The notes: generated by a model not told the origin, from the sequence alone. A DNA stretch of 64,000 bases from an uncultured Ruficoccus sp. (GCA_965140785.1 OZ223475.1:1-64000); one strand, 5' to 3'. Shown: positions 42,582-52,589, counted from the first letter of the stretch. Translations and numbers: made by a program.

Positions 42582-42626
42582 ATGCGTTTCATCGTCACCA
42601 CTCTCGCCATTGCGCGAATTCGGTAG
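42582..42626 (+). promoter_or_regulatory. Putative attenuation leader peptide MRFIVTTLAIARIR upstream of cimA
   Basis: 14-codon ORF with 3 Ile, 2 Thr, 1 Val, 1 Leu, followed at once by hairpin gcccggga-tcct-ttccgggc; ends 133 nt before cimA. Confidence 0.65.
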
Positions 42627-42759
42627 CCCGGGATCCTTTCCGGGCCAAGGTTGGCATGTGACTTACGGAGGGGATTTCCGGGCCGGGCAAAAAGCTCACG
42701 GTGGGACGGCATTTTGCCGTCAGCAAACGCGTTTTTAATTTTCCAGTAAAAATTTCCCC

Positions 42760-44346
42760 ATGAACCCGAAATCCAACGTTTTTATCTATGACACCACCCT
42801 GCGCGATGGCACGCAGGGCGAAGGGGTTTCCTACTCCGTCTCGGCCAAACTCCGCGTGGCCGAAAAGCTCGACCAGTTCGGCGTGGACTACATCGAGGGC
42901 GGCTGGCCCGGCTCAAACCCGCGCGACGTGGACTTTTTCCAGCAGGCCAAAAGCCTGGAGCTGACGCACGCCAAGATCGCGGCCTTCGGCTCGACCCGCC
43001 GCGCCAACACGCCTGTCGATCAGGACCCGCAGGTCGCCCTCCTGCTGGAGGCTGAGACGCCGGTTGTGACCATTTTTGGCAAGACCTGGCTCATGCACGT
43101 GACGGAGGTCATCCGCACCACCGCCGAGGAGAACCTCGCCATGATCGAGGACACCGTGCGCCACCTCAAGTCCCATGGGCGCGAAGTCCACTACGACGCC
43201 GAGCACTTTTTCGACGGGTACAAGGATAACCCCGATTATGCGCTCAAGACGCTGGAGGCGGCCCGGCGGGGCGGGGCGGATTTCCTCACCCTCTGCGATA
43301 CCAACGGCGGCATCATGGTCCACGAGGTTTCCGAGATCGTCCAAACCGTAGTCAGCCGTTTCCCGGACGCGAAGATCGGCATGCACTGCCACAATGACTG
43401 CGGCCTCGGCGTGGCGGTCAGCCTGGCTGGGGTCCGAGAGGGCGCCTGCATCGTCCAGGGCACGATGAACGGCTTTGGCGAGCGCAACGGCAACGCCAAC
43501 CTCACCAGCATCATCGCCAACCTTTCCCTCAAGCTCGGCTACGACATCCATTGCGCGGCCAACTTGAACAAGCTGCGCGACATCTCGCTTTTCGTGGATG
43601 AGATGGCCAACCTGCGGCCCGACATCCGCGCGCCCTTCGTCGGGGCGGCCTCATTCGTCCACAAGGGCGGAGTCCACGCCGACGCGGTCAACAAGGTCAA
43701 ACACTCCTACGAGCACATCCGCCCCGAGGACGTGGGCAACCGCACACGCGTGCTCGTCTCCGACATGTCCGGGCGCTCCTCGGTCATGATGAAGGCCAAC
43801 GAGCTGGGCCTCAATGTCGATCCGAAGTCCCCGCAGATGAAGGAGTTTCTGGAGGAGCTCAAGTCGCTCGAATACCGCGGCTACGAGTATGAGGCCGCCG
43901 ACGCCTCCTTCCGGCTCATGCTGGCCCGCTTCCTCAAGAACAAGCCCGATCACTTCGAGGTCATCCACTACCGCGTCATCGACGTGCACGGCGAGTGGAA
44001 AGACGAGCTTACCTCCGAGGCCTCGGTCAAGCTCCGCATCAACGGCGAGCCCTACCACACGGTGGCTGAGGCGACCGGCCCGGTCGGCGCTCTCGACCTT
44101 GCCATCCGCAAGGCCCTGGAGCAGGTTTACCCGCAGATCAGCAGCGTCAAACTGACCGACTTCAAGGTCCGCATCCTCGACGGCAAGCAGGGCGCCGACT
44201 CCATCATCCGCGTCCAGATCGAATCCACTGACGGCGAGGAAATCTGGGGCACCGTCGGCGCCTCCGACGACATCATCGAGGCCTCCTGGGAAGCCCTCCT
44301 GGACTCCTACGAGTACAAGCTCCTCCTCGACGCCGGCCAGCCGTAG
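42760..44346 (+). CDS. cimA: Citramalate synthase
   Basis: YDTTLRDGTQGEG, IEGGWPGSNP, YDAEHFFDGY, HCHND, HKGGVH, YEAADASF; C-terminal regulatory domain. Confidence 0.93.
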   Translation: MNPKSNVFIYDTTLRDGTQGEGVSYSVSAKLRVAEKLDQFGVDYIEGGWPGSNPRDVDFFQQAKSLELTHAKIAAFGSTRRANTPVDQDPQVALLLEAETPVVTIFGKTWLMHVTEVIRTTAEENLAMIEDTVRHLKSHGREVHYDAEHFFDGYKDNPDYALKTLEAARRGGADFLTLCDTNGGIMVHEVSEIVQTVVSRFPDAKIGMHCHNDCGLGVAVSLAGVREGACIVQGTMNGFGERNGNANLTSIIANLSLKLGYDIHCAANLNKLRDISLFVDEMANLRPDIRAPFVGAASFVHKGGVHADAVNKVKHSYEHIRPEDVGNRTRVLVSDMSGRSSVMMKANELGLNVDPKSPQMKEFLEELKSLEYRGYEYEAADASFRLMLARFLKNKPDHFEVIHYRVIDVHGEWKDELTSEASVKLRINGEPYHTVAEATGPVGALDLAIRKALEQVYPQISSVKLTDFKVRILDGKQGADSIIRVQIESTDGEEIWGTVGASDDIIEASWEALLDSYEYKLLLDAGQP

Positions 44347-44349
44347 TTT

Positions 44350-44432
44350 CCGGGCTTACGCAGCCCAGCCCGGGTTGCACCCGGTGGCATTGAGGGGGAC
44401 AAGCCCCCCTACGCCGCCAAAAGGCGACTACT
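44350..44432. repeat. Composite REP-like element (family A half plus the 4114-type hairpin)
   Basis: cgggcttacgcagcccagcccgggttgcacccgg followed by gagggggacaagcccccct. Confidence 0.65.
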
Positions 44433-44544
44433 CCTGATTGTTTGGTCGGCCACTCTTAGATGAAATATTGGTGTCGGGGCAGGAGCCTTTCTGGCTCCGA
44501 TGGGGCAGCGCCCCATCCAGATGCGTAGCATCTAAGGTGAAGGA

Positions 44545-45420
44545 CTATGTCCTTCCGCCGGTGAGGGCGAGGACTTCGTGGAAGGTCTTGCGGTCCTCGT
44601 CGGTGGTGCGCTCGTCGAGATCGAAGGAGCGGATCATCTCGTCGATATTGAGGCGGTCGCGCAGGCGGGCATCGACCAGGAGGCGGTAGGCGAGGTCGGG
44701 AGTCTGGTACCAGTGGGATTCGAGTTGCTTGGCGATGTCGCACAGCTCGTCCACCGTGATGTCCGAGAAGTGGCAGACGCCCTTCAGGTAGGCGCGCACG
44801 GCGGAGCCTTTTTTAAACTGCTGGGGCGAGAAAAAGTGGGAGAGGATGGCGCCGATGGTGACGAGGGCGCGGGTGAGCTTGTTCGCGCGGTCCTTGGGGG
44901 CGCGGTGCCAGTACTGCTCAAAGGCTTTCTCGAAGCCCGGCATGGCCAGGAATTGCGCGAAGTCCTCCTCGCGCTCGGATTCGGAGGGGAGGAACTCCCC
45001 CTCGGCCTGGTCTGACGGGGCTTTGGGGCGGCGCAGCAGGCGGAAAGGCAGTCCGCCCGGGGAGGGCGAGAGCCAGTCGCGGATGAGCGGGTGGCGTGCG
45101 GCGGCTTTTTCCAGGTCGTCCGGCAGGCAGCTGAGCATCCACGTGGCCAGCGTCTGCCGGGATTTGCTGGTGGGGACCAGCTTCTCGATCCGGTGGGTCA
45201 GGTAACGCTCTTCGTTGACGGTGGGGGCGCTCTCCTCGTACAGCTCGATCAGACGCCGGTCCTCGGCCTTGAGCATATCGAGCTGCTGCGTGACTGCGCG
45301 CAGCTTCGTCCAGTTTTCGCGCAACACCTTGCCGGCGATTTCCCAGCTCAGGCAATAGGCCAGGCAGACGGACAGTCGCAGGGTCTCGGAGGAAAACTGA
45401 GGCGGCGGCACCTTTATCAT
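44545..45420 (-). CDS. Hypothetical protein
   Basis: 291-aa ORF with host-like codon bias; no motif recognised. Confidence 0.7.
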   Translation of the reverse strand: MIKVPPPQFSSETLRLSVCLAYCLSWEIAGKVLRENWTKLRAVTQQLDMLKAEDRRLIELYEESAPTVNEERYLTHRIEKLVPTSKSRQTLATWMLSCLPDDLEKAAARHPLIRDWLSPSPGGLPFRLLRRPKAPSDQAEGEFLPSESEREEDFAQFLAMPGFEKAFEQYWHRAPKDRANKLTRALVTIGAILSHFFSPQQFKKGSAVRAYLKGVCHFSDITVDELCDIAKQLESHWYQTPDLAYRLLVDARLRDRLNIDEMIRSFDLDERTTDEDRKTFHEVLALTGGRT

Positions 45421-45570
45421 GCGAGATCTATCAGCATCACCAAAAGCCTTCCCCCGTCAACGCAACTTGGCGGCTACGGCTAATATTTTGTCCGGCGGCA
45501 CTCGCGCCTTAATCAGTCACTCTCGGGTTAACATGGCTGGAAGCAGCGCAAGGCCGCCGGTTCGTCCGGT

Positions 45571-45825
45571 TCAGGCGTCGATCTCGACGTCTTCGGTCGG
45601 GACGCTGCAACAGAGCAGAATGTGGTCGTCGTCGGGCACGCCGTCGTGGCCTTCGGGGTAGTTCACCGCGCCGGCGACCAGGCGCTGCTGGCAGGCGGTG
45701 CAACTGCCCATCCGGCAGCCGAAGTCCAAGCTCAGCCCCTCGGCCTCGGCCAGCTCAAGCAGGCTCTCGTGTTCGCCGGTCCACTCGGCGCTGACGCCGG
45801 ATTGCAGGAAGGTCACCTTTGGCAT
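45571..45825 (-). CDS. 2Fe-2S ferredoxin
   Basis: SLLELAE, GCRMGSCTAC, LLCCSVP. Confidence 0.92.
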   Translation of the reverse strand: MPKVTFLQSGVSAEWTGEHESLLELAEAEGLSLDFGCRMGSCTACQQRLVAGAVNYPEGHDGVPDDDHILLCCSVPTEDVEIDA

Positions 45826-45924
45826 GATAGGCCTACGATAAACCCGCCGGATCGGCTTTGCAAGGAGGGAAGGGCAACCTGGGAGCGGCTTTGCTGGGGG
45901 CACTCGACTGAGCAGGCGGCGGCC

Positions 45925-46686
45925 TCAATCCACCGTGGCGGTGGCGGCCAGAGGTTTTGCCCGCTCTACAATGCGGTTATGAGGGATGATGAGCACCGCC
46001 TGGCTCCCTTGGGGGTCGAGAAGACGCTCGATCCGCTTGAGTTCGGACCGGTTGGCTTTCAAATCTTTTTCGAGTCGTTTAAGGGGGGCCTGCTCGGCTG
46101 GCGTTAGAGGCGATGTCCGGGCTGCTTCGCGGTAGCGCGCGAGTTTCGCCCGTTGTTCCGTGATTGTGGCGCGGAGTTGTCGGGCCTTGTCCGGCATGGT
46201 TTTGGCTTCGGCCATGGAGGCTTCGACCCGTTCGCGGACTTCGTGCTTCACGAATTCGTCCGCGTAAAAATTGGCGGTCAGCGCGGCTATCTCCGTGTCG
46301 GGATGGGAAAAGCCGATCCGCACCCGGCGGGCGGACAGGTTCCGCTCGACCGAGCGGTATTTGAACACGACCTCGGCCACGGTCGGGGGCTTCTCCTGCG
46401 TACCGGTCGCGAGATACGGTGCCAGCAAGCGCGTCCGTTGCTCGTCCGAAAAGCGCCCGGCAACGGCTTCGGCCAAGGCAGGCTGGTCGAAAATAGCGGT
46501 GCGCGTGGCATACTCCTCCTCGCTTATAGGTGGCTGCTTCTGGGTATCGGTCTGAAGTACGGTAGGCGCGCCGCCCAGCAACTCGATAGTCGCTTCCGCG
46601 TAATAAAGCTCATCGGCCCGCAGTCCGGCGAAAGGCCCGCCCGCGAACAACAGTAGAAGTAAAAATCGGGGCTGGGGTCGTCTCAC
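45925..46686 (-). CDS. Stand-alone Wzc/GumC periplasmic-domain-like protein
   Basis: YYAEATIEL, RIGFSHPDTEIAALTANFYADEF, coiled coil, terminal NRIVERAKP; no second TM and no kinase domain. Confidence 0.55.
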   Translation of the reverse strand: MRRPQPRFLLLLLFAGGPFAGLRADELYYAEATIELLGGAPTVLQTDTQKQPPISEEEYATRTAIFDQPALAEAVAGRFSDEQRTRLLAPYLATGTQEKPPTVAEVVFKYRSVERNLSARRVRIGFSHPDTEIAALTANFYADEFVKHEVRERVEASMAEAKTMPDKARQLRATITEQRAKLARYREAARTSPLTPAEQAPLKRLEKDLKANRSELKRIERLLDPQGSQAVLIIPHNRIVERAKPLAATATVD

Positions 46687-46725
46687 GGTGGGAAAGGCGG
46701 GGAGAAGGTCCAGAATCGGAATGGC

Positions 46726-47877
46726 TCAGCTTTTCGGTCGGGTTTTTTGGAAATATTGGTGCAGCAGCTCCTCGACGGAGGCGCCGACACTGATTTGGCC
46801 GGCCTTGATCTCGGCCTCCATCTGCGGCAGGCGCTCCTTGATCAGCGGGTCGCGGAAAAACCGCGTCTTGAGCCCCTCTTCGATCAGGGCGTGCATCCAC
46901 TCGATCTCCTGGCGCTGGCGGCGCTTTTCGAAGACGCCGCTCTCGCGGGTGCTGGTGTAGAAGCGCTCAATCGTGCCCCACACCTCGTCCACACCGAATC
47001 CGGTCTGGGCCGAGCAGACGCCCGCGGTCGGCTTCCAGCCCTCGGTGGTGGGGTGCAGGTAGCGCAACACGCTGTGCAACTCGGAGCGCTTGGCCTTGGC
47101 GCTGTCGAGGTTGGAGCCGTCTGCCTTGTTGACAAAAATCGCGTCGGAGAGCTCGATCACGCCCTTTTTAATCCCCTGAAGCTCGTCCCCCTGGCCCGAA
47201 AGCATGAGCAGGAGAAAAAAGTCCACCATGGAGCGGACCGTGACCTCGCTCTGGCCTACGCCGACTGTCTCGACCAGAATCACGTCAAAGCCCGCCGCCT
47301 CGCACAGAACCATCGTTTCGCGGCTCTTGCGGGCGACACCGCCGAGGGTGCCGCTGGAGGGGGAGGGGCGGATAAAGGCGTCCGGACGCCGTGAAAGCAA
47401 CTCCATGCGGGTCTTGTCCCCAAGCACGCTGCCTCCGCTGACGGTGCTGCTGGGGTCCACGGCGAGCACGGCCACCTTCTTGCCCATTTCGCACAGCATC
47501 ATGCCGAAGGCTTCGATAAAGGTGCTCTTGCCCACGCCCGGCACACCGGTGATGCCGATGCGGGCGGCATTGCCCGCCTCGGGCATGAGGGCGTTGAGGA
47601 CCGTCTGAGCCATCTCCTGGTGCGCGGGGGCGTTACTCTCAACCAGGGTGATGGCGCGGGCGAGGATGGTGCGGTTGTGCTGGCGGATGCCCTCGATGTA
47701 GTCCTCCGCGCTGAGCACGCGCCGCTTCTTCAGCTTGGTGCGAATGGCGGTGTTGTGAACGCTCTGTCCGGGCATGCCGTCATGCCCGCCCTGCACGCCC
47801 TTCATTACTTCGGTCGTAAATGCCTGTCCGTCGGCGCCCGTGGGCACCCATTCCGGTCGTTGCTTATCCTGAGCCAT
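46726..47877 (-). CDS. meaB: Methylmalonyl-CoA mutase-associated GTPase MeaB
   Basis: GITGVPGVGKST, AVDPSS, GSVLGDKTRM, ETVGVGQSE, GDELQGIKKG, NKAD. Confidence 0.95.
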   Translation of the reverse strand: MAQDKQRPEWVPTGADGQAFTTEVMKGVQGGHDGMPGQSVHNTAIRTKLKKRRVLSAEDYIEGIRQHNRTILARAITLVESNAPAHQEMAQTVLNALMPEAGNAARIGITGVPGVGKSTFIEAFGMMLCEMGKKVAVLAVDPSSTVSGGSVLGDKTRMELLSRRPDAFIRPSPSSGTLGGVARKSRETMVLCEAAGFDVILVETVGVGQSEVTVRSMVDFFLLLMLSGQGDELQGIKKGVIELSDAIFVNKADGSNLDSAKAKRSELHSVLRYLHPTTEGWKPTAGVCSAQTGFGVDEVWGTIERFYTSTRESGVFEKRRQRQEIEWMHALIEEGLKTRFFRDPLIKERLPQMEAEIKAGQISVGASVEELLHQYFQKTRPKS

Positions 47878-47960
47878 GTAAATGGCATTGTCCGGGCGAG
47901 GCTGGATGCGTCAAATGCATTTCGCCACCCCGGCCGGATGAAGAGGTCCGCTTGCCGCGG

Positions 47961-50318
47961 CTATGGCGTCAGCTTATAGGCATGCCGGCCAGTGACGGTG
48001 ATCGGCTTGTGCCCGGGCAGGGTGAGGGTGGCCTTGACGCCGCGGGGCAGCTTGAGTTCGCCTTCGATCGTGTTGCCCTTGCGCTGCCAGCAGGAGACGA
48101 GGTCGCCCTTCGGGCTGGGGATGCGGATCGCGGCGTGATCCCCCTCGAAATGCGGGGCGCAGGTGATTGCCTCCCAGCCGGGCGCGCTCTGGCGGACACC
48201 GCCCAGGATCTGCATGAGGTGGAAAAGCGGATGGGCCGACCAGGCATGGGAAAAACTCTCTGCGGCCAGGACCGGATCAAAGTTTTCCCAGGTCGTGCCG
48301 TGGGCGACCATCGGCGTCCAGCGGCGACGGATGACCTCCAGCACCTCCGCCGCATGCCCCCGCTCGGCCAGGGCGCTGAATATATAAGTGATCCAGTAAG
48401 CCGAGGGCTGGATGTCGGTCTTGAGCGTGCCGCGCAGGGCGGGCAGGAGGCGTTTTTCGAGCATCGTCTGCTCGTGTTCGGGGCACAGACCGGTGATCAA
48501 CGCCAGCGTCTGGGCATGGACGGAGGTGGACGGGTCGATTTTTCCTTGCTCGGTATAACCGTCCCGCATCAGGCCGCTGCGTTTGTCGATCAGCTTGCTC
48601 AGGTTTCCCCTCAGGGATTTCGCCCACCGGCGGCAGGCGGCGGCTGACTTTTTATCCCCTGTCAGGGTGTACATCTGGCTCAGGCGGTCGAGCGCGTGCA
48701 GCAGCCACAGGTTGTAAACGCTCGAGCAGCCCTCGCGCCGAATCCCCGTCCAGTCGAGGAAAAGCCAGTAGCGCTTGTCATAGCGGAGCAGGCCGGTTTT
48801 TTCGTCCGTCCACTGGCGGAAGTACGCCAGCGCGCCGCGGATCGTCTCCTGATGAGCCTGGAAGGGCTCCAGCGAACCGGTCTGCCAGTAGTAGTCCCAG
48901 AGGGTCAGCATCCAGATCAGGGTGAAGTCCGGCAGGATGCAGTTGTGAGCGATGGTCGGGGCATGCCCGTAGGTGACGCCGTCCGGCGTGGTCTGGGCGG
49001 CGATCTGCCGGATGCCGCGCCGGAACAGCCGGGCGTCGCCGTCGAGGTGAAAAGTGTTCCAAGCCTGCACGCGGGCATCGCCCCACCACTGAGCCTGCTC
49101 CCGGTGCGGGGTATCGACATAGGCGTCGAGGCTGCACACCCGCTGCGTCCAGGCACAGGTTTCCCAGATGGCCTTCAGCTGCTCGTCCGAGCTGTCGAAG
49201 CAGCCGTTATGCCGGAGCGGGTAGAGTGCGGTTCTCAGGCTGGGGGTGACGGTGAGCGGGCCGGCATTACCCCGCACGGTCAGCACCAGATAGCGAAAGC
49301 CGAATACCTGGTAAAAAGCATGCCGGTTCTGTCCCGGACGGCAGGTCAGCCGCTGACTGAACGCCATCCGGCAGTGGGCCTCGGGCTTGTAATGCGGGCA
49401 CAGGGTCTCCCGGTCGATCGTCTCGAAGTGGCAGGTCTCCACCATCTCGCCGCCCCGGGCTCCCTCGATATCGAGGATAACGCTGCCCACGTGCAGCTTG
49501 CCCAGATCGATCAAGACGCTGCGCCAGCCGTTTTTCGGCGAGCGCTTGAAGGGAATGTTTTCGATGTCTTTCTCAAAAGGCTCATGGGCCAGCCCTTCCT
49601 CGAAACGCGTCACGCTGAGGTTGCGGGTAGTCAGGACATCGGGCGCGTTGCTCCCGCAGGCCTGGCCGATTACCCGGCCGGGCCGGATCTCGTTCTCCTC
49701 CAGCATGGGCACACCTCGCTCCTCCAGCCCATACCAGGGCATGCCGTTCCAGCAGGTCCCATCCAAGGGGTGAGTCCAGTTAGAATCGTCGAAATCGGGC
49801 GACATCCACTCCGTGTCATCCACGCGCAGATCGATGACTTCCTGGGGAAAAAGTTGGAGGCTCCCGGGAACCATCTCCTTGCGGATGCTGGTCTGCGAAC
49901 AGGCTTTCCAATCCTTTGTCGTGAAAATCTCCGTCTGGCCCCACTTGGCCGCGACGAGCAGCCCGGCTTTGCCCTGGTTCAGGTACTGAAAATTACTCAG
50001 GCCGGGATTGTGTGCGCGAACGGCGAGCAGGTTTTTCCCTTTTTTTAGCCACCGGCTGACATCGACGAGATCATACGGCCAGCTGTGCTGGAACCCCCGC
50101 GCCGGCCCCCGGCACACGTATTCGCCATTGATGTACAGCTGGTAGGACTGGTCGGCAGTGATCAGCAGCGGCGCTTTTGACGGAACGGCCTTCAGACTGA
50201 AATAGTGTCGGAAGACCGCATACCGGTTGACCCGGTCCCAGTCGGCCTTGGTCGGCCAGATCCAGTCGGCTTTATCTAAAACCTCGGGAAGAGGGGAGGG
50301 GGCAACGGTCTTTTTCAT
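47961..50318 (-). CDS. Alpha-L-rhamnosidase (GH78)
   Basis: ITADQSYQLYING, GFRY, DTPHREQAQWWGD, FLDW, TTWE, SFSHAWSAHP, SPKG. Confidence 0.88.
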   Translation of the reverse strand: MKKTVAPSPLPEVLDKADWIWPTKADWDRVNRYAVFRHYFSLKAVPSKAPLLITADQSYQLYINGEYVCRGPARGFQHSWPYDLVDVSRWLKKGKNLLAVRAHNPGLSNFQYLNQGKAGLLVAAKWGQTEIFTTKDWKACSQTSIRKEMVPGSLQLFPQEVIDLRVDDTEWMSPDFDDSNWTHPLDGTCWNGMPWYGLEERGVPMLEENEIRPGRVIGQACGSNAPDVLTTRNLSVTRFEEGLAHEPFEKDIENIPFKRSPKNGWRSVLIDLGKLHVGSVILDIEGARGGEMVETCHFETIDRETLCPHYKPEAHCRMAFSQRLTCRPGQNRHAFYQVFGFRYLVLTVRGNAGPLTVTPSLRTALYPLRHNGCFDSSDEQLKAIWETCAWTQRVCSLDAYVDTPHREQAQWWGDARVQAWNTFHLDGDARLFRRGIRQIAAQTTPDGVTYGHAPTIAHNCILPDFTLIWMLTLWDYYWQTGSLEPFQAHQETIRGALAYFRQWTDEKTGLLRYDKRYWLFLDWTGIRREGCSSVYNLWLLHALDRLSQMYTLTGDKKSAAACRRWAKSLRGNLSKLIDKRSGLMRDGYTEQGKIDPSTSVHAQTLALITGLCPEHEQTMLEKRLLPALRGTLKTDIQPSAYWITYIFSALAERGHAAEVLEVIRRRWTPMVAHGTTWENFDPVLAAESFSHAWSAHPLFHLMQILGGVRQSAPGWEAITCAPHFEGDHAAIRIPSPKGDLVSCWQRKGNTIEGELKLPRGVKATLTLPGHKPITVTGRHAYKLTP

Positions 50319-50400
50319 GCTTCTATTTTAGAATAAATTAAAAAAAGGTGTTACCGAATTTTGAGTTTAAAAGTTCTCAAAAATTGACATCCTGTTATCT

Positions 50401-51294
50401 ATGCCCGTGCTGATTCATCAGGATGGCGAAGACCTGCGCCACCTGCAAGTCTCCCCTGATACCTGGTTTTACATGAACCACATTCACCGTCACAAAACGG
50501 AGGCGGCGCATGATCATAACTATGCCGAACTGGCATTCGTGCTGGGAGGAAGCGCCCGCCATACGACGATCCGGGGCGAGTCGGTCTGCTCACGTGGAGA
50601 TGTTCTCCTGATCCCACGCGGTGCCTGGCATGGCTACAGTGCCTGCCGACGCTTCGAGGTGGTCAATTGCCTGCTCTCGCCCGCTTTGCTGGAAAACGAA
50701 TTAGCCTGCGTGCGTTCGGAGTATCCTTTCGCTGACTGGCCGGAGTGGACGGAGAGCCTGGGCGGGGTGGAAATCCGCACGCTGCACTTGCCGGAGCGAA
50801 GGTTGGCTGTGGCTCGGCAGCGGCTGGAGGCGTTGGAGGCCGCTTACTGCCGTTGGGGCTCGCGGCTGGAGTTGATCGGGCACCTCTTGTTGACACTCGA
50901 TGTCCTCAAGTCGGCAAGAGGCCCATCCCAATCCCCGTCCTTGCACGTCCATCAGGAGCACCCCTCCATCCGAGCCTCGCTGGCTCTGTTGCATCGGGAC
51001 TACGCCCACGACTGGACACTGGGAAAATTGGCCGGCCATCTGAGGCTCAACAGCAGTTACCTCGTCCGGCTGTTTAACATCCACGTCGGTCAGCCTCCGA
51101 TGAAATACTTGTCCAAAATCCGCGCTCACCGCGCAGCCACCTTGCTCTTGACCACTCGCCTGCGTATCGCCGAGGTGGGCGAACGCGTCGGCTGGCCTGA
51201 GCCCAAGCTCTTTGCCCGCCAGTTTCGGCAGCATTTCTCGATGAGCGCGAGCGATTACCGACACAAACAACTCCAGCCTTTTCAGGCCCGGTGA
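50401..51294 (+). CDS. AraC-family regulator with cupin domain (RhaS/RhaR-like), divergent from GH78
   Basis: HDHNYAEL cupin; HTH 'WTLGKLA...SYLVRLF', 'IAEVGERVGW...FARQFR'. Confidence 0.92.
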   Translation: MPVLIHQDGEDLRHLQVSPDTWFYMNHIHRHKTEAAHDHNYAELAFVLGGSARHTTIRGESVCSRGDVLLIPRGAWHGYSACRRFEVVNCLLSPALLENELACVRSEYPFADWPEWTESLGGVEIRTLHLPERRLAVARQRLEALEAAYCRWGSRLELIGHLLLTLDVLKSARGPSQSPSLHVHQEHPSIRASLALLHRDYAHDWTLGKLAGHLRLNSSYLVRLFNIHVGQPPMKYLSKIRAHRAATLLLTTRLRIAEVGERVGWPEPKLFARQFRQHFSMSASDYRHKQLQPFQAR

Positions 51295-51431
51295 GCAGCT
51301 ATTTTCCCCGATGCGGCCCACAAAGCCGGTAAAAGCCCCGAGACTATGAGCGATAGATATCCGTGCTGTTAGTGGGCGTGCGGGTATGTTAGAGTCCTTT
51401 TCAGAAAATAAACTTTCTGGGTTTTTACCGC

Positions 51432-51459
51432 TTGACGCCTTTCCGATGACCCCTACCAT
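51432..51459 (+). promoter_or_regulatory. Candidate sigma-70 promoter for tRNA-Lys
   Basis: TTGACG-16 nt-TACCAT. Confidence 0.5.
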
Positions 51460-51524
51460 TTGCCGTTTTCCTCAATGCGGCATACGCCCAAACGCATTCC
51501 GCAGAGGAGATTGACATTGGTTAC

Positions 51525-51600
<76 letters not shown>

Positions 51601-51602
51601 AT

Positions 51603-51640
51603 GAAAAATCCCGCAAGACCAACGACTTGCGGGATTTTTC
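51603..51640. terminator. Bidirectional-type hairpin after tRNA-Lys
   Basis: gaaaaatcccgcaag...cttgcgggatttttc. Confidence 0.75.
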
Positions 51641-51822
51641 GTGTCTGGAGTTGGCGGTCATCGGTAAATCACTGTGCCAATCCTGTGCCATTTTTGAGGT
51701 CCTCAAGCTGGGCCATTTGTGGCCATTCTAGGTCAGTCCGAGCCGAGCCGAACCTTCCGCTGCCCCTGGCTCACCATCCTGAGAGCCCAGCCTTTTGCTT
51801 CCGATGGAGCGAATCTTTCCCC

Positions 51823-52205
51823 TGACCTGCCTACGCAAACTGTACCGCGTTGAGAGTTCGTCTGAGCGGGTTAATGATGTGATTAAGGGTTAGGTTGTAG
51901 AGGGAGTCAAGGCTTGGGCGGAAGGAGGGCGTAGCCCGAGTGTCGCCCATGCCTTGGAGGTTGGTTTCGAAGAGTTCTGGTGCGGTTTCTTTTGCCGCAA
52001 ACTCCAGTGGCGTGAGCAGTCCGAGTGAACGGTGAGGTCGGATGTTGTTATACTGGGCGCTACGCTAGTGTCGTCGCTACGCTCCTCGGTACCAGCGCCA
52101 ATCTTCGATGACAACGCGTGCCTCGGTGAGCGTGTAAAACCACTCGCGGTTGAGACACTCGTCGCGTAGTCGTCCGTTGAAGGACTCGATGTAGCCGTTC
52201 TGCCA
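51823..52205 (-). mobile_element. IS3-family transposase 3' relic with right terminal repeat
   Basis: WQNGYIESFNGRLRDECLNREWFYTLTEARVVIEDWR...YNNIRPHRSLGLLTP; element ends ...gcaggtca, an IS3-type CA end. Confidence 0.88.
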
Positions 52206-52470
52206 TCTTGGGGATCAGGATAATGGAGAATGCTTTGCTGACAAATATTCTTAAATAACTGGTAAATTCGCTTGCCGACATACCGGGGTAGAGCCCTTGG
52301 GCAATCAAGCCTGCGCTGTATTCGGGTACATAAAAACGAGAGTCGGGTATGGATTGCCTGGTCCCTCCTTCATCGGGATTTGCCGTTTGAGCCGTGGCAA
52401 CAGGCACAAGATTTAACAGGCCGAAAAGCAGGGTGAGCGGGATGCGCCTTGGTAAGAAGGACCGATTCAT
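52206..52470 (-). pseudogene. 5' fragment of a secreted-protein gene truncated at the IS3 relic
   Basis: Signal-peptide-like MNRSFLPRRIPLTLLFGLLNLVPVATA; the frame runs into IS sequence. Confidence 0.4.
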
Positions 52471-52589
52471 CCGGTCTGCCAAACGGCTACTTGAAACCAC
52501 ATGGCTTAATGACCGGATTGACGCCTGTGATGTAGCGATGAACTTTGAAAAGCTATTTGCGTGTTGGGGCGCGCTCTACCTATGACAAA

